From assembly GCA_034436555.1 (NCBI GenBank), contig DAOTUU010000033.1, positions 259,720 to 323,719 of the forward strand: a stretch of 64,000 nt of DNA, given 5' to 3'. How positions within the stretch are numbered: position 1 is the stretch's first letter; each line of letters begins with the position of its first letter. Source of the stretch: Chloroflexota bacterium (GTDB lineage Bacteria; Chloroflexota; Limnocylindria; Limnocylindrales; CSP1-4). Shown here piece after piece: positions 50,642-60,556 of the stretch. Under the pieces are notes generated by a model that was not told the DNA's origin, searched no databases, and saw nothing but the letters and a program-made list of their open reading frames with translations. A program made the position numbers and the translations under genes.

Positions 50642-51748
50642 GTGAGACCCGTGCGACGTCCCCGGCTCCCGCTCGCCTGCCTGGTGGCGGCACTCGCGAG
50701 CGTGATCCTCGGCGCCCTGCCCGCGGGTGCGTCGTCACCCTCGGACGAGCGCCACCTCCACCTCCGGCGGGTCATCGGCGGCGCCATCGCGCCGAAGTCC
50801 GTGGTCGCCACGGGCACCGGCGAGGTCTGGGCCCAGAACGAGGTGTTCCGCCACACGGTCACGGTGTACGGCCCCGGGGGCGGTCTGCGTGCGACCATCA
50901 GCGATCGCGTGCGGCTGTCGCGGTTCGGATTCGAGCGGTGGGACCGGCCGGTCCAGGGCGGGCCCGTGGAGGCCGCGGTGTCACCCGACGGCCGCACGAT
51001 GTACGTCTCCCAGCGGTCCATGTACGGTCCCGGGTTCCGGCATCCGGCGCCGCTGGACCCCGCCTGCCATCCATCTGACGGCATCGATCGCAGCTTCGTG
51101 TATGCCATCGACCGGGTGACCCGCCGCATCCGGGACGTGTACCGCGTGGGCATGACCCCCAAGTTCCTGGCGGTGACCCCCGACGGTCGTCGGCTGCTGG
51201 TGGCCAACTGGTGCGGCTACGACCTGTCGGTGGTGGACCTGGCGCAGGGCCGCGAGGTGCGCCGCATCAGGCTCGGCCCCTATCCCCGGGGCATCGTCGT
51301 GACGCCCGACGGGCGTGCGGCGTGGGTGGCCGTGATGGGGTCACCCGACCTCGCCCGAATCGACCTGGCGACCTACCGGGTGCGCTGGCTCCGGGATGTC
51401 GGCTGGAACCCGCGTCACCTGCTGCTCAGCCCGGATGGGCGGTTCCTGTACGTGACGCTCGACTGGCGCGACGAGGTCGCGAAGATCGACCTGGCCCGTC
51501 GCAGGGTCGTCCGGCGCGTCCACACGGGCCCCGAACCCAGGAGCATGGCCATCAGCGAGGACGGCCGGTCGCTGTACGTGGGCAACTACGAGGGCGACTC
51601 GCTGGTGAAGCTGCGCGCCCGCGACCTGCGCATCCTCCAGCGCGTGTCCGTCCCGGGCGACCCGATCGGCGTCGCCTACGAGCCGGTCAGCGACACCGTC
51701 TGGGTGTCGTCATACCAGGGCACGATCCGCATCTTCGACGAGCGCTGA
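50642..51748 (+). CDS. Secreted YVTN-family beta-propeller repeat protein
   Basis: GTG 50642. Signal peptide. Repeated ~40-aa units (AVSPDGRTMYVSQ, AVTPDGRRLLVAN, VVTPDGRAAWVAV, LLSPDGRFLYVTL, AISEDGRSLYVGN). Confidence 0.7.
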   Translation: MRPVRRPRLPLACLVAALASVILGALPAGASSPSDERHLHLRRVIGGAIAPKSVVATGTGEVWAQNEVFRHTVTVYGPGGGLRATISDRVRLSRFGFERWDRPVQGGPVEAAVSPDGRTMYVSQRSMYGPGFRHPAPLDPACHPSDGIDRSFVYAIDRVTRRIRDVYRVGMTPKFLAVTPDGRRLLVANWCGYDLSVVDLAQGREVRRIRLGPYPRGIVVTPDGRAAWVAVMGSPDLARIDLATYRVRWLRDVGWNPRHLLLSPDGRFLYVTLDWRDEVAKIDLARRRVVRRVHTGPEPRSMAISEDGRSLYVGNYEGDSLVKLRARDLRILQRVSVPGDPIGVAYEPVSDTVWVSSYQGTIRIFDER

Positions 51749-51801
51749 ATCGCGACACCCCGGTGCGGGCCGGGGTGTCGCGGGCGGCCGATGGGCGCCG
51801 G

Positions 51802-53157
51802 TCAGACGGTGGGCACCGTCTCGAGCGCCACGCGGATCCGCTCCTGGGGCAGCTCGAAGTCCTCCAGGCTGCCGTTCAGGTAGCGCTCGTAGGCACTCAG
51901 GTCGAAGTGCCCGTGGCCGCACAGGTTGAACAGGATGACCGGGCTGGTGCCCTCGTCGCGCGCTCGGAGCGCCTCGTCGATGACCGCGCTGACGGCGTGG
52001 GCCGGCTCCGGCGCGGGCAGGATGCCCTCTGCTCGCGCGAAGCGGACACCCGCCTCGAACGTCTTGCGCTGGTGGACCGCACGCGCCTCGATAAGGCCCA
52101 GCTCCTTGGCCAGGCTCACCTGCGGCGACATGCCGTGATAGCGCAGCCCACCCGCGTGGATGGGATCGGGGATGAAGTCATGACCCAGCGTGTGCATCTT
52201 GACCATGGGCGCCATCCTGCCGGTGTCACCGAAGTCGTAGCGATACACGCCGCGCGTCAGCGACGGAGCCGCCTCCGGCTCCACCGCGATGATCCGATAG
52301 TCGGCCTCGCCGCGCAGCTTCTGGCCCAGGAACGGGAAGGTCAGGCCTGCGAAGTTCGAACCGCCACCGGTGCACCCCACGAGGATGTCCGGCTTGTCGC
52401 CGGCCATCGCCATCTGCTCCATCGCCTCCAGGCCGATGACCGTCTGGTGGAGCAGCACGTGGTTGAGCACGGAACCCAGGGCGTACTTGGTGTCGTCCCG
52501 GGTGGCGGCGTCCTCCACGGCCTCGCTGATCGCGATGCCCAGGGAGCCTGGCGAGTCCGGATGCTCCGCGAGGACCGCCCGGCCGTAGTTCGTGGTGGGG
52601 CTGGGGCTCGCCACGACCTCCGCCCCGTACACCTCCATGAGGTTGCGCCGATAGGGCTTCTGGTCGTACGAGGCGCGCACCATGTAGACCTTGACCTCGA
52701 GCCCGAAGATCGCGCCCGCGAGCGCCAGCGAGGTGCCCCACTGGCCAGCCCCGGTCTCCGTGGCGAGGCGCGTCACGCCCTCGGCCTTGTTGAAGAACGC
52801 CTGGGGGATGGCGGTGTTCGGCTTGTGGCTTCCGGCCGGGCTGACGCCCTCGTACTTGTAATAGATGCGGGCGGTGGTGCCCAGCGCGGCCTCCAGGCGG
52901 TGCGCCCGGAACAGCGGCGAGGGGCGGTACATCGAGTACGCCTCGCGGACCGGCTCGGGGATCTCGATCTCCCGTTCCTGGGAGACCTCCTGGAGGATGA
53001 GGCCCATCGGGAACAGCGGCGCGAGGTCGGCGGGGCCGATCGGCTGCCCGGTGCCCGGGTGGAGCGGCGGCGACTGACCGGCCAGGTCCGCGTTGATGTT
53101 GTACCAGGCCTTGGGGATGCGGTCCTCGGGCAGGATGAACTTGGTCTGCTTCGCCAT
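51802..53157 (-). CDS. trpB: Tryptophan synthase beta chain, TrpB2 (long/archaeal-like) type, orphan
   Basis: [21 protein letters not shown] (TrpB2 N-terminal extension), PLP lysine region [38 protein letters not shown] before ATG 53157. No trpA adjacent. Confidence 0.9.
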   Translation of the reverse strand: MAKQTKFILPEDRIPKAWYNINADLAGQSPPLHPGTGQPIGPADLAPLFPMGLILQEVSQEREIEIPEPVREAYSMYRPSPLFRAHRLEAALGTTARIYYKYEGVSPAGSHKPNTAIPQAFFNKAEGVTRLATETGAGQWGTSLALAGAIFGLEVKVYMVRASYDQKPYRRNLMEVYGAEVVASPSPTTNYGRAVLAEHPDSPGSLGIAISEAVEDAATRDDTKYALGSVLNHVLLHQTVIGLEAMEQMAMAGDKPDILVGCTGGGSNFAGLTFPFLGQKLRGEADYRIIAVEPEAAPSLTRGVYRYDFGDTGRMAPMVKMHTLGHDFIPDPIHAGGLRYHGMSPQVSLAKELGLIEARAVHQRKTFEAGVRFARAEGILPAPEPAHAVSAVIDEALRARDEGTSPVILFNLCGHGHFDLSAYERYLNGSLEDFELPQERIRVALETVPTV

Positions 53158-53289
53158 GGGTCTCCTCGACGGGTCGGGCCGGCGTGCGCGGCGCGCCTCG
53201 GCGCGAGTGTACGGACCGCGCCGACGGAGCGTCAAACGCGAACGCGCCCCGGCGACCCGCGTGACGACCGCGCGGCTCAGAGGCTGTGA

Positions 53290-53790
53290 ACAGACCGGCC
53301 GCCGGCCGGGTCCGGCCCGCCCCGGAGTCGCGCCTCGGTGCGCCCCGCGCCGCCCTGCCCGCCGGGTCCGGCCCGCCCCGGAGTCGCGCCTCGGTGTCCG
53401 CCCCGCGCCGCCCTGCCCGGAGTCGCGCCGGGTGTCCGCCCAGCGGCCATGACCGACGCGTCCGGACCCGATCCCGTGGGACGGGCCGCCGAGGGGCCCA
53501 TCCGGACACGCCCGGTCCGATGCGGGCCGCTGAGGGGCCCATCCGGACACGCCCGGTCCGATCCGGTCCGATGAGCGGCCCGGATCGGACGCGCCGGCCC
53601 GGGGCACGTCGGTCGTGTCCGCTCGGCGGCCGGGCGCCCGATGCCCGGCGGCCGGGCGCCCGATGCTCGGCGGGCCGGCCTCGGACATCTGCCGGCGGCT
53701 CCCACCCGCCGCCGACGGCCCGGCCGCCACATACGGCCCCGAGCCCCGTCCCGCGGCGGCTCCCACCCGCCGCCGACGGCGCGGGCGTCA
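53290..53790. repeat. Mosaic of four different tandem duplications in the trpB2 / ABC permease intergenic region
   Basis: ~58-bp unit GGGTCCGGCCCGCCCCGGAGTCGCGCCTCGGTG..CGCCCCGCGCCGCCCTGCCC x2 plus a partial third. GAGGGGCCCATCCGGACACGCCCGGTCCGAT x2. GGCCGGGCGCCCGATGC(C/T)CGGCG x2. CGGCGGCTCCCACCCGCCGCCGACGGC x2. Confidence 0.65.
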
Positions 53791-53847
53791 CATCCGGCCT
53801 GGAGTGCGGGGGCGTCGGTCGGCTCGCCAGCCGCCTTCAGCTCAGAC

Positions 53848-54711
53848 TCAGACCTCGCGGCGCCGGAACAGCACGATCGCGAGCAGCAGGCAGACCGCGA
53901 TCCAGGCCAGCGACCAGATCACCTGTCCCAGCGGGGGCGGCGCGTCCGCGAAGAAGGGGTTCGCGCTCTGTGCCCCTCCCAGGCTCCACGCGGCCATGAT
54001 GGCGAGTGGCGGCTCCAGCGCGAAGATGACGCCCCGCCACAGCAGGTCGGTCGGGACCGCGTATCGCAGCAGGTCGGTGAGCGGCTTGATGGACTCCGCA
54101 TCGAAGGCGGCCGACAGGGACCCCAGCACGCCCCCGAACCAGGAGATCGCGAACAGCACCACGGTGACCGCGCCGGCCGCCACCGCGGGCAGCCGCACGC
54201 CCAGCATCAGCGCCAGCGTCAGCACGACCGCGGACTCCCCGGCGAGGTACGCGAGGGCCGCGACGGGCTCGCCGGGGAAATAGCCCGACACGGCCCGGAC
54301 GGCGAGCAGCGCGAGCACTCCCGAGAGCACGGTGTAGCCCACGATGACGACCATGAGGCCGATCCAGCGCCCCACCACGATGTCCGTGCGACTGGTGGGG
54401 CGGGCGAGCATCGCCAGGATGGTGCCTGACTCCAGGTCCGCCGCGACAGCCGGCGCCGCGAGGAACGCCGCGGACATCGCGAGCACGAAGCTGAACAGGA
54501 ACGCGATGAGGATGAGCACCTGCGACACGCCCAGGCGGATGCTGATCTCGTCGAGGCCGTTCTCGCGCGCGGTGGCCACGAGCTGATCCACGCCCCAGAA
54601 CACGATCGCGGTGCTGGCCAGCGCGAGCAGGAGCAACACGAGGAGCGTCCGCCGCCGGATGGTCTCGCCGATGGTGAGGCCCACGATGGCCCACACCTGC
54701 CGCACGCTCAC
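53848..54711 (-). CDS. ABC-2 type transporter permease
   Basis: GTG 54711 overlaps the ATPase stop (GTGA). Six TM segments. The long N-terminal part of ORF 53848..55035 is Gly/Arg-rich and was rejected. Confidence 0.7.
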   Translation of the reverse strand: MSVRQVWAIVGLTIGETIRRRTLLVLLLLALASTAIVFWGVDQLVATARENGLDEISIRLGVSQVLILIAFLFSFVLAMSAAFLAAPAVAADLESGTILAMLARPTSRTDIVVGRWIGLMVVIVGYTVLSGVLALLAVRAVSGYFPGEPVAALAYLAGESAVVLTLALMLGVRLPAVAAGAVTVVLFAISWFGGVLGSLSAAFDAESIKPLTDLLRYAVPTDLLWRGVIFALEPPLAIMAAWSLGGAQSANPFFADAPPPLGQVIWSLAWIAVCLLLAIVLFRRREV

Positions 54712-55649
54712 GCCCGACGCCCCGCGGCCCCGCCGCCCCGAACCAGGTCCAGGAACGCCTCCTCCAGGCTTCCCCGGACCTGCTCCACAAGATGCACCCT
54801 GCCGCCCGCCGCGACGACCGCCGCGACGACGTCCGGGACTCGCCCGGGGTCCAGGGGGCGGAGCAGGAGCGACCCGTCCTCGTCCTGCGTCACGTTCGGC
54901 GCGAACGCAGCGACCACGGCCGTCGGATCGGCCAGGCCGGTCACCCGGAGGCGCAGCGCCGACGCGCCCAGGAGGTCCGCCACCGGTCCGGACGCGATCG
55001 ACCGGCCGCGGTCGACGATCGTGACGCGGCCGCACAGGCGCTCCACCTCGCCCAGCAGGTGCGAGTTGAGGATGACCGTGATGCCCCGGGCGCCGGCGTC
55101 CCGGATGATGCCCCGGACCTCGTCCCGGCCCAGGGGGTCCAGCGCCGAGGTGGGCTCGTCGAGGATGACGACCTCGGGATCGCCCAGCAGCGCAACCCCC
55201 AGGCCCAGGCGCTGCTGCATGCCCTTCGAGAAGCCGCTCACCCGGTCCCGCCCGCGCGCGGTCAGGCCGACCCGGCCGAGCGCGGTCTCGACCTCGGTGG
55301 ACCAGGTCCGCCGCGGCAGCTCCGCCAGCTCGCAGTGGAGTCGGAGCACCTCCGTGGCCCGCAGCCAGTGGGGATAGCGGAACAGCTCCGGCAGGTAGCC
55401 CGTGCGACGGCGGGCCTCGCGGTCACCCATGGGCCGGCCCAGCAGCCGACCCTCGCCGCCGGTGGGCCGGGTCAGGCCGAGCAGCAGCTTGACCGTCGTC
55501 GTCTTCCCCGCGCCATTCGGGCCCAGCAGGCCGAACACCTCGCCGCGCTCCACGCGCAGGTCCAGCGCATCGAGCGCGACCGTCCGCCCGTACCGCTTGT
55601 GCAGCCCGCGCGTCTCGACCGCGGGTCCATCGCCGGGCGGGATGCCCAT
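54708..55649 (-). CDS. ABC transporter ATP-binding protein (ABC-2 / daunorubicin-resistance-like subfamily)
   Basis: Walker A GLLGPNGAGKTTT, signature FSKGMQQRLGLGVAL, Walker [17 protein letters not shown] 55649 shares a nucleotide with the LigT stop. Confidence 0.85.
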   Translation of the reverse strand: MGIPPGDGPAVETRGLHKRYGRTVALDALDLRVERGEVFGLLGPNGAGKTTTVKLLLGLTRPTGGEGRLLGRPMGDREARRRTGYLPELFRYPHWLRATEVLRLHCELAELPRRTWSTEVETALGRVGLTARGRDRVSGFSKGMQQRLGLGVALLGDPEVVILDEPTSALDPLGRDEVRGIIRDAGARGITVILNSHLLGEVERLCGRVTIVDRGRSIASGPVADLLGASALRLRVTGLADPTAVVAAFAPNVTQDEDGSLLLRPLDPGRVPDVVAAVVAAGGRVHLVEQVRGSLEEAFLDLVRGGGAAGRRA

Positions 55650-56176
55650 CACAGCGGTTCTCCGAGACGGGCCATGGAGAGCGTCCCGTGGCGTGCCCGG
55701 TCGGGACCCAGGTGAGAGCGCATCAGCACGATCCGATCGGCCGTCCACTCGGCGGCGAGGGCGCCGAGGCGGGCGCACTCGAGATCGTCCAGGGCCGCCC
55801 GGGTGACACCCCGGGCGATCGTCAGATGCGCGGCAGGAGCGCGCCGAGGGGCACGGTCGCCGGCGATCGCGCCGGTCGGGATGCGCGCCGCGAGGGCATC
55901 GCCCAGCAGGGCAACCTCACGCCCTCCGGCGTCCAGCCGCAGCCATGCCACGCCGTCCCCATGGCGCGCCGTGCCCCCCGCCGGACCCGTGCGCACGGCG
56001 AACGGCCGTCCGCGCCCGGCGATATCCCGAGCGACCGCAGCGAGGCGATCCGCCTGCACGGGGTCCACCGCACCCAGGAACAGGAGCGTCAGGTGGAGCG
56101 CGTCCGGTGCCGTCCACCGGACCGCGGGGTGTGCCGCTCGGTACGGCGCGAGCGCCGCTTCCAGGCCGCGCGCCAC
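55649..56176 (-). CDS. thpR: RNA 2',3'-cyclic phosphodiesterase (2H phosphoesterase, LigT/ThpR)
   Basis: Two HxT/SxR motifs, HLTLLFLG and HLTIARG. The GTG at 56176 is the first canonical start, but the conserved N-terminal strand RLFLALPVPPVV lies in-frame upstream without an ATG/GTG/TTG. The true start is unresolved. Confidence 0.65.
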   Translation of the reverse strand: MARGLEAALAPYRAAHPAVRWTAPDALHLTLLFLGAVDPVQADRLAAVARDIAGRGRPFAVRTGPAGGTARHGDGVAWLRLDAGGREVALLGDALAARIPTGAIAGDRAPRRAPAAHLTIARGVTRAALDDLECARLGALAAEWTADRIVLMRSHLGPDRARHGTLSMARLGEPL

Positions 56177-56295
56177 GACCGGCGGGACGGGCAGCGCCAG
56201 GAACAGCCGCCAGTGGACGCGACCCTCGCGCGGAGGCAGCTGCGGCGCCGGCGGCAGCCGGGGCTCATCCCCGATCGGCCGCCTGCCGGCCGAGC

Positions 56296-57057
56296 TCAGG
56301 GGACCCCCACGCCCGACGGGCGCGCGACTCCAAGAAGGTCGAGCAGGCCGAACAGGTCCGCCACCACCGGTGCCCCGTGATCGAGGCCCGCGGTCGTCGC
56401 TTGTTCGTGGGCGTGGGATCCGCGCGCGATGAGCACCGGCGCGATGCCCACCGCCCGGGCACCCTCCACATCCGCGCGCGGGGAGTCACCCACGTGGACG
56501 GCGTCCGCGGCGACCACGCCCATCCGCTCCAAGGCATGCTCGAAGATGCCTCGATGGGGCTTCTCGAAGCCCACCCGCGCGCTCGTCACGATGGCTTCGA
56601 GCTGGTCGACCAGCGCCAGGGTGTGGAGCAGCTCCGGCAGGCTCCACCCCCAGTTGCTGATGACGCACAGGCGGAGACCCGCGTCGCGGAGCGCCGCGAG
56701 GGCGGGCTGCGTGTCCGGGAACACCCACCAGGCATCCGCCTGGGCGAACTCCGCCTCGAGATCCCGGTAGAACGTCACCGGCTGCTCCGGATGACCCAGC
56801 TCCCCCAGCACGCGCGAGTCGAACGCCACGAGGCGCTGGAACGAGGCGGCCTGGGACGCCTCGAACGGACCCTCCAAGTCCGGGCGCGGCGAGCGAAAGA
56901 CCCGCTCGAGGGCGGTGCGCAACTCCGTCTCCTCGACGGCGACCCCGTGGGAGCGCAGGACGGGGAGGTACACCGCGGCCCACGAGGGATGGGCGCGGAT
57001 GAGCGTGTCGCCGACATCGAGGAACACGACCGAGGGGTGTGGCGGGGCCATCGCCAC
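56296..57057 (-). CDS. HAD-superfamily hydrolase (subfamily IA-like)
   Basis: Motif I VVFLDVGDTLI (DxD/T), motif II ISNWG, motifs III/IV KPHRGIFEHAL ... VHVGDSPRADVEGA. Confidence 0.8.
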   Translation of the reverse strand: MAMAPPHPSVVFLDVGDTLIRAHPSWAAVYLPVLRSHGVAVEETELRTALERVFRSPRPDLEGPFEASQAASFQRLVAFDSRVLGELGHPEQPVTFYRDLEAEFAQADAWWVFPDTQPALAALRDAGLRLCVISNWGWSLPELLHTLALVDQLEAIVTSARVGFEKPHRGIFEHALERMGVVAADAVHVGDSPRADVEGARAVGIAPVLIARGSHAHEQATTAGLDHGAPVVADLFGLLDLLGVARPSGVGVP

Positions 57058-57098
57058 AGGATACGGGGGCCCGGCGCAGCGCGCCGTCCGGGCCCGGG

Positions 57099-58901
57099 TC
57101 AGTCGGCGTAGAGGCGCTCCTCGATGAGCTTCTCCTGGACGGTCCGGCCGGCGGAGTCGAAGCAGGAGAACTCGAAGTGCTTCTCGTACTCCAGGTCCAC
57201 CGCGTTCTGGCCACCGCGGTTCTTCTCCACGGTCATGATCACCCAGTCCCGGAAGCGCTGCGCCTGGTACGGGTTGTACTCGATGCTGACCTTGGACACG
57301 ATGGAGTACTTCTCGTTGAGGATGAGGATGATGTCCGCCTCGTAGTTGATGGCGGACGACCCGCGCAGGTGATGGTTGCGCAGGCGAGCCGCCTTGAGGC
57401 CCTCCTTGTCCGCGGCGACGATGCTGATCATCGGCACGTCGTAGGCGAGTGCCACGTCCTTGAGGCCCTGCACCACGAAGGTGACCTTCTCCGTCTCGCT
57501 GGGCGGCTCCGGGATGACCGGCACCTTCTGCATGTAGTCGATGAACACGACCAGCCGCCGGTCACCCGACAGCTGCTTGTATCGCTCCACCAGCTGGCGG
57601 ATGTTCTCGACCGTGCTGGTCGTCTGCGAGCCGCGCAACAGGTACAGGTTCTGCCCGTACCGGCTGATCTTCTCCAGGGCGGGCCGCAGCCTGGGGTTGG
57701 CCCCCAGGTCGGCGCTCTCGCTGCCCTGGGCGAGCCATGTCCCGAGGATCTCCTTGCGCACGTCCGTGAGCTTCACGCCGCCCGTCTTGGCAGGCAGCTG
57801 GTCAAGCGCGGACTCCATCGCGATGACCCGGTTGAGCAGGTACTCCTCGTCATGCTCGAAGCAGATGTAGAGCACGCTCGCCTGTCCGCCCAGCACGATG
57901 TTGCGCGCCATCTGGACGGCCATCGTGGTCTTGCCCGTGCCCTGCGCCCCACCGATGAGCAGCAGCTCACCCGCACGCAGCCCGCCGCCGATGGTCTTGT
58001 CCAGGGGCGTGAAGCCAAGCGGAACCGGCTGGTACTGATCGACCGCACCCACAGCGACCTTCTGGGCGAGCGTCGCGAGGACCTCGCTGGCGCTGCGCGG
58101 TGAGACGAGCGCGGTGTTCGTCTCCACGGTCCAGGCACCCGGACCTGCCTGGACGTGGGGGCGAGCGGGGGCCTGCTGCCCCGTGGTGGGCGTCGGCGGG
58201 GTCGCGCCGTTCGATGCGGGCGCGTTCGATGCGAGCGGCGCCATCGGGTGCGATGCGGGCGCGTTCGATGCGAGCGGCGCCATCGGGTGCGATGCGGGCG
58301 GCGCCATCGGCTGCGGTGCGGGCGCCATCGGGCGCGATGCGGGCGGCGGCGGCTGGATCGACGAGGTGGTCGCCGGCAGCGTCCCGGGTGCGATCGGTCG
58401 GAGCGATGCGGGCGGAGGCGCGACGTCCGCGGCCGGCGACTCGGCCTGCATCGGCTCCGGCTGGCGGGCGGACATCGGCTGCGACGGCGCGGCCCCCTGC
58501 GTCGACGGCGTCGGAGCCTCGATCAGCGTCGGCGCCCCAGTGCCCGCGGCGGATCGAGGCGCGAGAGTCGCGGATGGCGGCGGCGGAGCAGCGGTGGCCG
58601 GCGCGACAGGCGCGACAGGCGCGACAGGCGCGAGCGGCGCCAGGACCGGAGGCTGCGGATTCCACGGACTCGCGGTCAGGACGTGGTCGGTGGTCGCCGA
58701 TGTTGACCCGGGCGGCACCAGGCGCCGCTCCAGGACGGACGGCTGCGGCTGCCCGTCCATCCCCGACGGATCCGGCCACGGATCGCCCGCCACGCCCAGG
58801 CTCGCCCAGTCGATGTCGGGTCCAGGCGCGTCCGGCGCCGGTGCGGACGGCATGACTGATTCCGGCGCGGTCGGCTGGCGTGACCAGCGGCTGATGTTCA
58901 C
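57099..58901 (-). CDS. RecA-superfamily ATPase (KaiC / DnaB-C-terminal-like single domain) with a long Pro/Ala-rich repetitive N-terminal region
   Basis: C-terminal 320 aa: Walker A LLLIGGAQGTGKTTMAVQMA, Walker B RLVVFIDYMQKV, KaiC/DnaB-C fold features. N-terminal 280 aa of low complexity with in-frame tandem repeats (PMAPLASNAPASH x2, LAPVAPVAPVAPA). Start uncertain (GTG 58901 with GGGGA upstream, or ATG 58853). Confidence 0.6.
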   Translation of the reverse strand: MNISRWSRQPTAPESVMPSAPAPDAPGPDIDWASLGVAGDPWPDPSGMDGQPQPSVLERRLVPPGSTSATTDHVLTASPWNPQPPVLAPLAPVAPVAPVAPATAAPPPPSATLAPRSAAGTGAPTLIEAPTPSTQGAAPSQPMSARQPEPMQAESPAADVAPPPASLRPIAPGTLPATTSSIQPPPPASRPMAPAPQPMAPPASHPMAPLASNAPASHPMAPLASNAPASNGATPPTPTTGQQAPARPHVQAGPGAWTVETNTALVSPRSASEVLATLAQKVAVGAVDQYQPVPLGFTPLDKTIGGGLRAGELLLIGGAQGTGKTTMAVQMARNIVLGGQASVLYICFEHDEEYLLNRVIAMESALDQLPAKTGGVKLTDVRKEILGTWLAQGSESADLGANPRLRPALEKISRYGQNLYLLRGSQTTSTVENIRQLVERYKQLSGDRRLVVFIDYMQKVPVIPEPPSETEKVTFVVQGLKDVALAYDVPMISIVAADKEGLKAARLRNHHLRGSSAINYEADIILILNEKYSIVSKVSIEYNPYQAQRFRDWVIMTVEKNRGGQNAVDLEYEKHFEFSCFDSAGRTVQEKLIEERLYAD

Positions 58902-59087
58902 GGCAGGTGATCCCCGGGTCGCCCGTGGTCGGGCGACCACGCTCGCGGGCAACCTATCAGCGGCCGCGCGGTGTCGGCAGCCTTCCGAACCTCCTACGAG
59001 CACTTCCCATCGGTACCAACCGCACGTCCGGACCCGGGTCCCGGGGGATCGCGACGGCGACGGTGCCCCGCATGGCCGCAGGCGTGC

Positions 59088-60473
59088 TCAGCGGGGCATG
59101 TCGGCGAGTGCCTGCCAGTAGCGCGCGATCGTGCGCAGGCCGCCCTCGTAGTTGGCGAGCACCATCTGCTCGTTGGGGGCGTGGGCCTGGTCGTCAGGAT
59201 TGGTGAAGCCAAGCAGCACCACCGGCGCCCCGAGCAGCGTCGCGAAGGACGCTGCGGCGGGGATCGACCCTCCCTCCCGGAGGTAGTACGGACGCTCCCC
59301 GAACACCTCCTCCAGGCAGCGTGCCGCCGCCTGCGTGGCGGGATGGTCGATGGGCGCGAGGGACCACATCCCGTGGTTGAGCGGCGTGACCTCCACCCGC
59401 ACGCCAGGTACCGGCACGGCGAGGATGGCATCCCGGACGCGCTCGAACGTGCGCTCCGGATCCATGTCCGGCACGAGGCGGCAGGAGATCTTGGCGTGGG
59501 CATGCGCCGGGATGATGGTCTTGGAGCCCTCGCCCTGGAACCCGCCCCAGATGCCGTTGACGTCGAGCGTGGGCCGGGCGCCGCGTCGCTCCAGGGGGAT
59601 GAAGTCGGCGTCCCCGAACAGCTCCGACACGCCCAGGCGCGCGACCAGCTCGTCCTCGTCGAGCGGGAGGCGTGCGAACTCGGCGCGCTCGGCGTCTGTC
59701 AGCACCCGCACCTCGTCCAGGAAGCCCGGGACCGTCACCCGGCCGGACGCGTCCTTGAGCGACGCGATGATGCGCGCGAGCGCGATCGCGGGGTTCTGGA
59801 CGTTGCCTCCATACGTGCCCGAGTGGAGGTCCAGGGACGGCCCCGTGACGTCGACCTGGGCGTACATCAGCCCGCGCAACCCGATCGTGATCGCGGGGTG
59901 GTTGCCCTCGAAGAAGCCCGTGTCGCTCACGACCACCACGTCCGCATCCAGGCGGTGCCGATTGGCGGCGAGCCAGGCGTCGAAGTTGACCGACCCCGAC
60001 TCCTCCTCGCCCTCGAACACGTAGCGGACGTTCACCGGCAGCCGACCGTGTGTCGCGAGCCAGGCCCGGGCGGCCCAGAGATGGAGGTGGACCTGACCCT
60101 TGTCATCTGCCGCTCCCCGGGCGAAGATGCGTCCGTCCTCGAGGCGCGGCTCGAACGGCGGTCGGACCCACAGGTCGAGAGGATCCACGGGCTGCACGTC
60201 GTAGTGGCCGTAGACCACCACGGTCGGGGCGCCCGGGGCATGCAGCCAGTCCGCGTAGACCACGGGGTGGCCCGCCGTGGGCGACACCTCCACGTGCTCC
60301 AGCCCCCAGTCCGACAGGCGTGTGGCCACGAACTCGGCGGCGGCGACCATGTCATCACGATGCTCGCTCAGCGCCGAGATGCTGGGGATGCGCAGGAAGT
60401 CAACGTAGTCGTCGAGGCGCTCCTGGGCGGTTGCGGTGAGATACGCCTCGATCGGCGCGAGGACGTCGGACAT
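59088..60473 (-). CDS. M20 family metallopeptidase (dipeptidase / ArgE-DapE-like)
   Basis: HYDVQPVDP, GAADDKGQ, EGEEESGS metal-binding motifs. 461 aa. Confidence 0.85.
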   Translation of the reverse strand: MSDVLAPIEAYLTATAQERLDDYVDFLRIPSISALSEHRDDMVAAAEFVATRLSDWGLEHVEVSPTAGHPVVYADWLHAPGAPTVVVYGHYDVQPVDPLDLWVRPPFEPRLEDGRIFARGAADDKGQVHLHLWAARAWLATHGRLPVNVRYVFEGEEESGSVNFDAWLAANRHRLDADVVVVSDTGFFEGNHPAITIGLRGLMYAQVDVTGPSLDLHSGTYGGNVQNPAIALARIIASLKDASGRVTVPGFLDEVRVLTDAERAEFARLPLDEDELVARLGVSELFGDADFIPLERRGARPTLDVNGIWGGFQGEGSKTIIPAHAHAKISCRLVPDMDPERTFERVRDAILAVPVPGVRVEVTPLNHGMWSLAPIDHPATQAAARCLEEVFGERPYYLREGGSIPAAASFATLLGAPVVLLGFTNPDDQAHAPNEQMVLANYEGGLRTIARYWQALADMPR

Positions 60474-60556
60474 GGATCACGCTCCGCTGGGACTGGACAT
60501 GCCATCGCCCGGCGCAGCCGCGCCGGGCGATGCGGTGATCGGGTGGTCGCCCTTGC

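Noticed and set aside
58114-59121. 335-aa plus-strand ORF (Gly/Ala/Cys-rich) antisense to the KaiC-like gene N-terminus
   Set aside because: It is produced by the same DNA tandem repeats read on the opposite strand. The minus-strand frame is continuous with a bona fide ATPase domain
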